DNA from: Phoronis australis | Taxonomy: Eukaryota; Animalia; Phoronida | DNA: 64,000 bases | Reading direction: 5' to 3' | Assembly: GCA_002633005.1 (NCBI GenBank) | Contig: NMRA01000315.1 | Coordinates: 293,509 to 357,508, forward strand | In this document: piece after piece, positions 13,131 through 24,899 of the stretch | Numbering within the stretch: the first letter of the stretch is position 1 | Layout of the letters: every line of letters begins with the position of its first letter | Notes under the pieces: generated by a model | What the model saw: the letters and a program-made list of their open reading frames with translations, nothing else | The model's database searches: none | What the model was told of the DNA's origin: nothing | Translations under genes and position numbers: made by a program

Positions 13131-15425
13131 CTTGTAGGTTCTAAAGCGACCTCTTTTGGCTCTGTGATATTAGGGTTACCTTATTGAGGAACGTTAATTC
13201 ACTGTTAATTAGCAGGAAAACTAGGCTGTTTGAACCAGTAAAAGTGCATATTTTTTGAAAAGGGAAAGATCAAGGATTATGAAATTACACTTTATACTTA
13301 CGTGTATAATAACACGTCGTGGCAAGCCAACTGGAAGAGGAACTGGGTTCAAGCAATAACGGAATGTTTGTTCTTTCAAATCTTCAATTCGTCTACAATT
13401 TGGCCAAGGAACAATTGAAGACCAGTTTCAAAAAAGGTAATTGGTCTAAGCTGAAAACTGTTTTTTTGTGATGAGAGGCGAGTTTATAGTACATAAACAC
13501 CAGTGTCTCATCAAAGACTGCACGGCTCCGATCTGTTCTGTAAATGACGTAAAGTAAATTAACAACATTTAATTCCCCCTTCCAATAACGTTACAGCTTT
13601 GTCACAATTCACTTTTCCTTTTATTCCATGTTGATATCGCGCTTGTCAACACGGACCAACACGGACTACATTATGTATACGTATTTAGTCTCGATTTGGA
13701 AACATCTGGATATGAAACCAAAATGGAGTGCTTTCGTTATGGAAATTTGAATTTCAGAAAGTGCTTAATAGGGACTTGATGTTTGTTTTTTGTATTCCAG
13801 GAATCTCAAAGTTTTTTTGGATGTCATGAATTCTCAGAAAGCCAATTAATTTCATGTTTAATCATTTCCTTTAACGTACAACTGTCTCAGCAAAATTATG
13901 TTATTATACCCATTCCGGACATCATTGTGTATTGTTTATTATGTAACTGACCACTGCCTACTCATAGCGAAATCCTATATGTCAGACAACTGTTCAGACT
14001 TAATTAATGATTTGAATGAAATCACCGGATATCTCAATTGTTTTGCACTCACAACCCACACACGCATTTCTATCCACTATATATATTGTAGTTAGAGTTA
14101 ATAAACTTTGTGTGTCAGTAGACACTCAACGACAGTGTTAGTTTTTACACTGCTCTCCATCAACTTGCTGTTGCTTCCTCGTTAGCCAACTATCTATTCG
14201 CTGTTCAACCAAGAACCGGGTTACCCAACTATACAACCACATTTTCAACGACACAGAAGGTATATGTAAAATAGGAAAACCAAGTTTAATTAGGCTAAAG
14301 AGAAACGGCAAAGTGTTTTTTTCATACTGTGCACTTATGAACATCTTTAGTGATGTCTTTGTGTGCTGCACATAAAGGTTGCTTCTTATTAAACAGTTCA
14401 CTCTACGTTCAAATAGAACAGAATTTCCTCATTATAGCAGTACTTTAACTGATCATTTCCTTATCACATCAGTTTCGTTGAACGAAGCTGTAAAACTGGT
14501 TTTGTTTGGTGCCATAACTCAAATGTTCTGCTATCTGCAATAAGAATCCGTTGTGGCAAGTTGCCATGTCTTACACATTGCAAAACAAAACTGTGAACAT
14601 TTCTAGACAGCCTGTTTACTGATACTTCTTAGACAATCTCAAGTAAGACGGTCGATAAGCACGTACGTTGAGACAGGAACAGGTGTTGGTGTTTTCTTAA
14701 GCCTTGTCTATACTGTACGCATTGTCGTGTACGTAGCAGTGTATAGCATACATAGTCACTTGTGAACTGATACTACTACACAGTCAAATGTCGTATTCAA
14801 CTCAGTGTTAAGAACTGTGCGTTGCTGAATGGAGCATTCTTGGATCGCCTCATTGTAAAAGAGGCATCGTTCCAGCATCCACAGACAGTGGTCGCGAGCA
14901 AACCGAAATTACTTTCAAGTTCATGATTACATGTATACTATTGACTTCCTTATTTGGAAAGTCACTTGAGTTGACTAGTTTTAGCGCAGCGCATTTACTG
15001 TAAATGAATTATATGAGGTCAGTGGGGTTATAAAGCTCTTTAGTGGTCTTTCAGTTTTTCCATCACGACTCCCAGGTCAGTTATCAGCTAAGGTTAAAAG
15101 AGATACCTACACTATTATCGATCAGAGAGCACAATCCTAGCACGTACATTATTCGGATTAAAATGATTATAAGCTTGTCTTTTAGCGGGGAATTCGATTT
15201 CAGAAGCCAAACAGCTGCGAAGTTCGAAATTTCACCAGATTTACTCCAAGACGTTTCAGTTTATTTCAACCAGTGTTTTATTGCTGTGAAGTCATCGCCA
15301 ACGATGTAGTTGCTTTGTCCCACACAAAAGGACCTTAGTCCTGCTTTTCTGATAAACAGGCCTCTTGACAACAGTTGCTCTCGTACAGATCTATTAACGA
15401 AGTACATGTTGCCATGAAACGGGCT

Positions 15426-16545
15426 ATGATACTCCGTAAAGTGTATCAATTTCGGAAAATGTAACGACTGTTACGTTTTACGTCATTGTCACATTTTATG
15501 TTGCTAATCCTCCTAAAGTGTAACAAGTTGTTACATTTTACGTCAAATGCACACGTGAGAAATGTACCATTGTTACATTTTACAAATCCAAAGTCAAATT
15601 ACAATGAAAATTGGATAATAGAAAGTGGGCTCGGACAAAAAAGTGACCCATTTAGAGACTATTTTGAGTAAAAATTCACATTTTCACACAATTCTGTTCC
15701 TGAAATTTGGAAAGGCACCCTTTTAGATAGTATTTTGTCAAAAATGGCACCATTTTGGACAGTATTTTTTGCTGTGAAAAAACATTTCAGACGGCACTTT
15801 TCGTATACATTTTCTGTAGGAGTGTCGTCCGGGCTGACACGGCATGAATTTGGCTACCAATTTTCATTTTTGTTAGTATTACATAACTATTGCTACCATT
15901 AAAAATATTTCTGGTATTACTACCTTCATTTATATTACTACTAGCACTACTATTACTGGTTATCGTTACTCTTATCTTTATCATTATCATTATCAATGTC
16001 ATTCATATTTTTTAATTTGTTTTACGATGACACAGTGCAATATACACAGTGCATGTTTAGCACGGTGCTAATACATCATGGTCCTCAAAGATTTTAAAAT
16101 CATCTCGTTTATGCTTCAATGTTTTCTCAGGGTTTCACATAATGGACAGCGAGTGCGATTTCAAAAGGATTTTAAAGGGGTTCCCATGTTCAGCCTTAAC
16201 GATATTGTGAGAAACGTCTTGACAACTGAGGATGCAGAGTAGGCCTACTTTTTGAAAATGAGAAGGTTGAGATTTAAGATCTTGTTTAGACGTGCGCCAA
16301 CTTCAAAAAGTGGTTATTTCTGAACTGTTGGCAAGCACGGTATGAAATATGACCTCGCTTTCGTAAAATGGAACAATGGTATATTTCTCTCAAGTGCATT
16401 CGACGGAAAGTGTAACAATTGCATAAAAAGTAACAACTTGTTACATTTTAGGAGAGGCCTAGCAACGTAAAGTGTAACAATGATGTAAAAGGTAACAATT
16501 GTTACATTTTACGAAATTGTACAGTTACATTTTACGGCGTATCAG
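15426..16545. mobile_element. MITE/foldback element with ~120-bp imperfect TIRs
   Basis: Left TGATACTCCGTAAAGTGTA... is inverted at right ...TTACATTTTACGGCGTATCAG; arms are built from TGTAACA/TGTTACA repeats. No clear TSD. Confidence 0.65.
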
Positions 16546-16777
16546 CGCCTGGTTTCTAATGAAAGTATTTCTCTTAATATTTTTACGACACGCTCATATA
16601 ATTGTCTCCGCCAGGGATCCAAACGCCGGGGTCAATATTTGATTTTGCCATCATAGTGTTGAAATTTGTGACAGACGTACGTACATTGTAAATCGATTCC
16701 GGCCTCATTGTTCTCCTTGTTTTAAGTTGTTGCTGTGGTTCAATTAATCAAGAAGTATTATCTACTTTATTGATACT

Positions 16778-16785
16778 TATATAAA
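16778..16785 (+). promoter_or_regulatory. Possible TATA box of lectin gene 1
   Basis: TATATAAA ~110 bp upstream of ATG 16892; could be chance in AT-rich DNA. Confidence 0.25.
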
Positions 16786-16891
16786 TACTTTGTTAATGTA
16801 CTGTTATTTCGTAAGTTGGGTAACCACTGAATCCACCACGATCTTAGTATCCAAGTTTGCTCCAATACTATACTCATCTTGGTGAGGAGCA

Positions 16892-16949
16892 ATGAAGATG
16901 GTTTCAGGAAAAGCAGTTTTCATATTGGTATCATATCTTCTTTTCAATG
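16892..16949 (+). CDS. Lectin gene 1 exon 1 (signal peptide)
   Basis: MKMVSGKAVFILVSYLLFN+G then gtaagt, phase 1; similar to gene 2 exon 1 (VFILVS). Confidence 0.85.
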
Positions 16950-17307
16950 GTAAGTGCTAAACATGGTATTGCTGAGACTGCGGTACCAATTTTTCTCATT
17001 TGCTGATGGAGTTCGGAAAGGAACATTGAAGGAGTGCACGAGAGCAACATAAAACGAATTACCGTAACAACCAAGTTTCAAAAAAGAAAGAAACACGAGA
17101 GGCCTGTCGTTTGGATAATATTAGACTTATATTGATTTAAGGTGATGTTGAAAGCATGACATTTATGTATAACTGCCTGTATTATGAAATGAAAAATATC
17201 GTTAAAGGTTGGCATCTAGTTAGGGACGAGACAAAATACCGCCAATTACTGCGAATAATAGTAATTATTCTTAATGCAAACTTTTTCCCTATGATTTGAT
17301 TTTACAG

Positions 17308-17476
17308 CGGACGGTTGCCCCAGTGCATTTTCACTATTTCAAGGGAAGTGCTATTACGTCGAGACCGTCAAATTGAGTTGGGAGAATGCCAAAAGTAACT
17401 GTGAAACTCTTGGAGGTTTTCTATCTGATGTAGACAGCTCAGATGTGCAGACGTTTATCATTTCGCTTGCGAATGA
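17308..17476 (+). CDS. Lectin gene 1 exon 2 (CTLD N-half)
   Basis: tttacag acceptor; ADGCPSAFSLFQGKCYYVETVKLSWENAKSNCETLGGFLSDVDSSDVQTFIISLAN; GA|gtaagt, phase 1 to 2. Absent from the ORF track. Confidence 0.93.
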
Positions 17477-18241
17477 GTAAGTACTTGACACTACAGAGCT
17501 ATTTCCGACATATCACTGTTAATGTTACCACCTTGGGCAGTGGATAACCTGAATGGCGCCGCCACTGATGTCCCGCAGTCCCTTCTCCACAATTTTCACC
17601 AATTCTGTACCGCTCTGTACTGCACTTTGAAATATTTTGTTTTGTTGGCGTTACCCTGTCGAGGTGCCGTTCACCTGACGAAGAGCTGCACAGTCTTCTG
17701 GTTACCACCCACCTATCGGGTAACCGCCTACCTGCATGTCGGACTGCCGCACACTTATTTGAAGATTTGCGAAAATTCAGAAATGTTTTACTATTGACAA
17801 TAGCATGGCTGACGTTCTGATGCTCGGATAAGTCCTATTTTCTTGGTAACACCTTTGTTTTCAAATGCAACTAAGCCCTTGACAAAATCGTGAAATTTGG
17901 CAATAATGTTCGTATGAACGTGGCAAAGACTGACGGCTTCTATCAGACGGATCCAACGAACGCTGAGCTTCATATTGCCCATATCTTTCACGTTTGCCTC
18001 TATATTTTGGAGCTCCTTGGCGGATTTTCAGGAATTTAGACAAATACATAGGTTTCTATTTAGGAAACAGACGGGTCTGGCGTAGTTTGTGCCATGTGAA
18101 AGTATTTTTTATGACAGTAATACGGTTAATTCGGGAGGGCATTTCAACGGTTTGCGTTGCTAATTAAACCAACTAGAAGCTAAAGCTTTAAACGCCGTTG
18201 TGTTGCTAACAGTATTACATACACGTAACCCACCCTCTTAC

Positions 18242-19195
18242 ATTCTGGAATCTCAACAAGTGACATTACTTCAACCGTAAGGTGTTTCACACTAGCCTAC
18301 ACCTGCAACTTCTCAGCTGCGAATCAATTCAAGTACTTGTGTCAGTGTAATGGGTGTGGTTAACCTCATCTTTACGAGGGATTGTTCAGAAACCCTCTAG
18401 ACACCACTCCCCTCGCTCCCCTCGACCCACGAACCCTCGACCCAAAACCCCTCGACCTACGATCCCCTCAACTAACGATCTGTGGCAATAGAGGTACATG
18501 TATCTGTGCGCTTTTTACATATTTTATAATCTTATTACGTCGCTGGGTATCTTTCTCATAAGGCATACATACCGGCGAGTCTGCTCTGGCTGAAGTCTGG
18601 TAATTAAAAACAAAAAGTGTCGTGAGAACGCCGCTGGTCTTAAATAACGCATTATGAGCGCGCTATAGTTGTCACGGAAATACTTCCACGAACGGCTATC
18701 AAAGGCCCAGTTCCAATTTTTATTGTTTGCCTTACACTGTATNCTGGAATCTCAACATGAGACATTACTTCAACCGTAAGGTGTTTCACACTAGCCTACA
18801 CCTGAAACTTCTCAGCTGCGAAGCAATTCAAGTACTTTTGTCAGTGTAATGGGTGAAACCCTCTCGACACCACTCCCCTCGATCCCTTCGACCCACGAAC
18901 CCTGGACCCAAAACCCCCTCGACCTACGATCCCCTCGACTCACGATCTGTGGTAATAGAGGTACATGTATCTGTGCGCTTTTTACATATTTTATAATCTT
19001 ATTACGTCGCTGGGTATCTTTCTCATAAGGCATACATACCGGAGAGTCTGCTGGTAATTAAAAACAAAAGTGGCGTGAGAACGCCGCTGGTCTTAAATAA
19101 CGCATTATGAGCGCGCTATCGTGGTCACGGAAATACTTCCACGAGCAGCTATCAAAGGCCCAGTTCCAATTTTTATTATTTGCCTTGCACTGCAT
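18242..19195. repeat. ~500-bp near-identical direct duplication joined at a single N (18743)
   Basis: ctggaatctcaac... at ~18244 recurs at 18744 with small indels; probably two alleles joined in assembly. Confidence 0.75.
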
Positions 19196-19868
19196 ACTCG
19201 TTTACAATATACTCCATATAACATTAAAATACTTTTTAGTTAACAGTTTGTTTTTTCAAACTGTATTTGCTGGTGAAATTACAGTTTTGTCGTATCTTCG
19301 TATTGTCCACAAAAAGTTGAATCTGCAATTCACTGAAGAGCAGACGAGACGATTACATTCTGCCGCGAACGACAATTGCAAGGTTGGTAGCAGTGTCGGA
19401 TTTAGAGGGGGGCCAACGGGGCCATGGCCCCACTAAAATTCTCCCAGTTTCCATTTGGCAGTTCGGGGGTGCGAATGTCCGACGGGAAGAATCCTGGCTA
19501 ATACTCTCTCCTCCCCCCCCCCCAACACAAAATACTGGATCCGCCCCTGGGTAGGTCTTTGATTTGATTTGGTCGCGTTGTTTTTCTTTATGTTTTTAGC
19601 TTTCAAACTCGCCAAATCGACTGCCTTAATTGCAAAAATACAGGGAAAAGCCAGCCAAGCTCACTGCCCAACTCATTGGTCCTGCAAATCAGCGCTTGTT
19701 CTATGCTCAGATCGAGTCGAGCTAATGTAGACTAGATCTAGGGGGTTTTGGGTCGTGGGTCGAGAGGGTCGAAGGTCGTGGGTCGTAGGTCGAGGGCGTT
19801 GTGGGTAGAGGTGGTCATGGTCGAAGGGGTCAAGGTGTGGGGGTCGAGGGGGTTTCAGAACAATTCCT
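18377..19868. mobile_element. Non-autonomous TIR element with CCCTCGAC-rich arms
   Basis: AGGGATTGTTCAGAAACC at left; inverted GGTTTCAGAACAATTCCT at right; subterminal cccctcgacc/ggtcgagggg arrays. Confidence 0.55.
19391..19549. mobile_element. Short hAT-type MITE with 5-bp TSD GGTAG
   Basis: CAGTGTCGGAT...ATCCGCCCCTG termini; GGTAG on both flanks. Confidence 0.7.
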
Positions 19869-20848
19869 ACAAGAGTGTAAGAAACCCCTCCAACCACCTG
19901 CCTTCCACTTCTCAGTACCCCGCGTATAGATAGTAAACTTATCAGCAAGTTTTCCCCACTAACCTTCGTCATTCCACAATCATCCTAATTGGTTTCTAAG
20001 GCCAACATTAGAAATAGTTCAACGATCTCCACCAACACGCACCAAGACCATTCTCCTTCACGGAACCTTATCAATTTGCCATGAATCTGCAAATGACAAT
20101 AAGTTTTGAAGATAATTTGGTTACGCAAGTGATGTTTTTAAAACGTGTTAGTCGTGAGATTATTTAATAAATGCACGTTGTAGTAGTAGGCAGTAAAAGT
20201 ACAATTCGCTAATGGGAGGGATTAGATCAGGCAGGCTCAGTTAGAGTGCAGCTGAAGTTGCTATTTTCTCTTGTTGACGAAGACTATTTTGTGCTTTCTC
20301 TGGGTTCTTCTTGTTACTGTTCCTTTTGCTTCAAGTAAAATGTGTAGGCCGGTTGTCAAAGGAATTGGCAATTCGATTCAAACGTCTAGTTTAAATGTAT
20401 GTTTTTGGACCAACCAATGTGGGCTAGAAATATCTCGTAGTCAATTTTGAGCTTAGAGAGGTACCTAGCCCTCATATATGTTTAGGAATGGAAATCACGG
20501 GTGTCGTTCACATACAAAAGAGCCTTTGAAATTGATATGCTGGGTAGGTAAAGGCAGTTGTTTGTGTACTGTGTAGTCATACACCTGTCCTAATTGGCCT
20601 GTGTAAGTTAACACGGTTTAACTCATAGTGTATGGTCATGACTGAGAAGAGAATTGTTTTGTTACAACCTATGAATTCCGAATAATTCAGCCCTGAATGC
20701 GACACCCAATCTTGTACTCTACCGGTTTATACATGTTCATGATGCCGATAATTGCAATTCTAAATTGCTCTAGCACATCTCACTGTACGACAGCAAACTA
20801 GTGTCTACACCATGCTACATTCTGTATAGTTTCCCTATTATTGTGCAG

Positions 20849-21065
20849 TGAAAATCTATGGATCGGATATACCGATGAGGCTTTAGACGGAACGTGGTTG
20901 GATATCTATGGTACGCCTGCTGCCTTCACTAAATGGAGCTCTGGAGAACCCAAAAACAGTAACTTCGACAACTGTGCTATGATGAGACAATACTATGGGT
21001 ACGATTGGCAAGCGAAGAAATGTGGAAATTCATGCCAGTCTGTGTGCCAGTATCAATTGCCAAGT
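20849..21065 (+). CDS. Lectin gene 1 exon 3 (CTLD C-half)
   Basis: ttgtgcag acceptor, phase 2 matching exon 2; ENLWIGYTD...WSSGEPK...NCAMM...DWQAKKC...SVCQYQLPS; gtaagt donor, phase 0. Confidence 0.95.
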
Positions 21066-21962
21066 GTAAGTCATCTTTTGAAGGAGCATGTCCTTATCCT
21101 CAGTTTCATTACACGATGTGGATTAGGAGAGCATTCAAAGAAAATTGACAAAACTCAAAACGGGAATAAACGCTTGTTGCTGTTGAAAACATATTTTGAA
21201 TTATAATACTCACCGTTGTGAAGTTGCTTTCACATCGTCTTTTACTGTAATCAAACTAGTTATTTGTTGGCTTGGAGAGAACGAGTCTTCAAAATTTCAC
21301 GAGCTTAATTGGTCTGAAGAAATGACGACTTCCCAATTCCTCCGAGCCCAGAGATCACCAAGTAAGGTACAAGACAAGACCAATTTCACTGCAAACCGTA
21401 AGAGGCCGGATTTCAAAACCTATTTTTATACAAAGCACCGGTTCAATGCAGTGGCGGATCTACGGGCGGGGATTCAGTGGGCTTAAACCTTCCTTGAGTC
21501 TGGATCAAAAACTAAATACTAAAAAAACAAAACCTCGCCAACAAAACAAATACGACACCGCCAGCGTGTGTAAGCCCCAAATAAACCAACCCGAAAAATT
21601 GAGGGAGGGGGGTTCACCCTGAAAATAACATTTTTTTGCATTGTAATTTACTGTAATCACGAAAAGCAACGCATTTTGAGTTTTCGTGGCTCATCGGCAA
21701 GTCGCACGTACGCGCGATTCCGTCGATTTTTCTGATGTAGCCTAGCACTTTAGATTGACCCACCTCGGAAAAAAGCTGATCTATAGCGGATTTTTTAGGT
21801 AACTAGAGTCTTTACTCTAGGAAAAGTTTTAATTGAATTAGGGAAAATACCGCAACCCTGATATTCAGGCGAATCGACGTGATACGTATTTACCTTATCT
21901 TTTATGCCTTGTCAAGCTATTACACTCCACACGTTTGTAACTCGAATTTGAGTGGTGTAGTA

Positions 21963-24308
21963 CATAGGCGGATTTAGGGGGGGGCCCAGGGGGCCCGGGC
22001 CCCCCTCCCCCTTGGCTGCCGCAAAAAAAATAAAACAGCAAGAGCGTAGGGAAATGTTGAGTTTATTAATTTGCCCCGGTAATTAAAATTATACGGATGA
22101 AAAAAGATTTAAATGTGTGCAGATTTAGTGTTGGGGGGGGAGGGCTCAGATCCAATTTCAAGTGTCAAATTCGGAACACGGCGCATTCGTAACGGAACTA
22201 CGGCTAAGTGTAGGCTCTCCCGCGATATCCCAGGCGACCGGCAGAGGCGCTGCACACTACGACTCCGTTTCCGTCGTCTGCTCCACTGTGCAATGGAGAA
22301 AATTTACTTCATTTTTTAAAGAAAATGGAACCTGAATGACTATGAAAGCTGCTGATAAGATGTGAATTTTAATCGAAGCCTAAGTGAATCACTCAGAAAC
22401 TCATTAATTCTCTCTTTGTAAAACCTTAACTTAAGACGATTTCCAAAGCAATCCCGTCATTATTGCCAACACGAAAAACGGATTTGGTCTTTTGAGCATT
22501 TGAAGACTATTTTAAATACAACAAATTTGTTAAGAACCGATTACACAAAATATAAAACGTGTAATAAGNNNNNNNNNNNNNNNNNNNNNNNNNNNNNNNN
22601 NNNNNNNNNNNNNNNNNNNNNNNNNNNNNNNNNNNNNNNNNNNNNNNNNNNNNNNNNNNNNNNNNTGCTGTGGCGGGCGCTGTGGTCTGGTCGCGAGCGA
22701 GCCCGTTTCAAGATACACCCTTCCAAGTTAGGCATGTACAAGGAATGAACCGGGGAGAGGGGTTTCATATTGACAAGGTGACCGCATTCACGAACAGTGT
22801 ACAGTACCAGAAATTGCGGGTAGGCTGTACTTTCTGAGCAAAGTCTTGCGGGACACGCACGGTGTTCAATAGACCTCCTAAGGAGCACTGGCTCCAACCC
22901 CAGCACCGACCGTCTTACTGCCCGCAAGAAGCACCACTGCGTCTTCTTTACTGGGAATTTCCGCAGACTTTCTGCCGAAATTCCCACCCGATGAAACACC
23001 CATGCCCATGCACGTTTACTTGGTGTTACAACTTCGGATTTCAAACGCTTATTCCGAAAATTGCAAGAGATGCAAATTGATCCTTGGATACATCGTCTTT
23101 GACAAAAGCGCAAGGTTTGAAGCAGTCCATGATAGTTGCGCTTGTAACTCTTTTGAATGGATTTGACAACCTCAAGGGGCTTAGTGCCAAGCTGTGAAAC
23201 GAGATACTGAGATTATAGACGCTTATGAGCTCATTGACACAGCACTGAGTTGACGAAGTGCACGCGTTGGGAACAAATATCAAAGATGTCTGGGTTGAAT
23301 GGTTGTAAGACGCGCAAACCATTGGAGCCGATATACATATTCAGCGGCAGTCCAGACAACACAAGCATAAGGATAACGTTCCTTCAGAAACACTCAGGTA
23401 ATAAATTATAATTCTACCCAATTTGTACATAATGTCGGTTTTCTGCCATGCTTTTTTCTTTGATGCTTGCGTACAATGGGAAACAAAATTATTTTCGGAC
23501 ATGCCAAATTTACGCAGTAATGTTCAGGGTCTACGAGCCCGCAGAAACTGATTCTAGTTTGTATTTCCACTTGGCTCTTTATCTGCTTCACAATCAAAAT
23601 CTAATTCACATAGTGTGTAGTTAAATTTACAGTTTATATTTTTTTCTTCCAGTTAGTACTACAGAAGAACGGTGGAACAACCCTTCCTTGGCAACTTCCC
23701 ACAGCAGTTGACCTACATATTTTCGAAAGATAACAGGCGGGTGGAAGCTGTCACTTCTTGTGCCATTAGTGGTTAGCAGGATGAGGTATGTAGCGTTAGG
23801 CTCACTGAGGGATCGGCTGCATTTTTGGGACATAGACTTGCCATCACCATATTCCCTGAAGGTGATTGACTCCCTTCTGACTATCGGCATTTTGAGTAAC
23901 ACAATGTGTCTTCTGTTAAATTACCGATTGCCCTATTTAGTAGTAGAAACATAAAAAGTATAATTGCTCTAATTTTAGCAGTAACTCCGACGCTGGTGGT
24001 ACTTATGGAATGCTCAAAGTCGAGAGGAATTCCCAGATAACTTGCGTTCCACTCTCAAGCACGTAGACGGCGACATCTTTCCAAACATCAGGGAGCAGTT
24101 ATTTATAGGATGTCTATCCGCTATTGGATCCTGTGAGGCAGACATCACTTTCTGAGCTCAGGCATGTAAACACACATTTGATGGCTATCATGTCTGAGGA
24201 GAGGCTTGCTGGGTTATCACTGATGGCCCTGCATTTCGAAACAACGAAAAGACTAAACACGTCACTGGTCAAGTACGTTATCCATAGCAACCCAAGGCGT
24301 GTGTTCTG
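21963..24308 (+). mobile_element. Degenerate hAT transposon (THAP12/PRKRIR-ZMYM1-like transposase)
   Basis: GC-rich hAT-type terminus CATAGGCGGATTTAGGGGGGG.. at 21963. Broken frames: TKAQGLKQSMIVALV..LKGLSAKL (~23100), HKDNVPSET (~23366), and hATC dimerisation domain IFPNIR..IGSCEA..MSEERLAGLSLMALH..NPRRVF* (24075-24309). Contains a 97-nt N gap. Confidence 0.8.
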
Positions 24309-24899
24309 AAAGTCTGTCTTGTTTGACTGAAAGTGTGCCACGTTTAGTCAACGTTGCATAAAATACATGTATGAGCAACAACTGGGGATTAAAAAGTATC
24401 TAATGAGCAGTTTTCAATTCAGACTTTTGCATAGTGTACTTTAGGTCTCCCGACGGACCAGACCAGCTTATTGGTGTGGCTATTGACTATTAATTTACTT
24501 CTGACGAACCGGTCATGTAATATTTTCACTACAGTGTGCTTTGTAAAGCCATCTACATGTATTATGCTGCCAGTACTTCTTGGTCTCGTGACAGTTCGAG
24601 TGTTTTTTTTTTTAGAGATAATTAGCATAGCGAACTTTTTGTCTCCCGACGGACCAGGACAGCTGCTTTGTGTAGATACTGGCTCTCAGTGTACTTCTGG
24701 TCCCTTGGCGAACTAGTCTTGTGATACCTTTTTACCACAGTGAAATCCCTACTAGTTCTCATAGCACACTTTCACGATACAAATCAAATTGTCATCCTAT
24801 ACATGTAGAGCAATGAATGAAAAATTCATTTTAAATATCAAGTCAAGTGCTTTACATAAAAATCTGCCTATCGACATTTCGCATACATCTTTAAAAGCC

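Noticed and set aside
18242-19195. 500-bp tandem duplication as a biological repeat
   Set aside because: The junction is a single N; most likely two alleles joined at a contig boundary.
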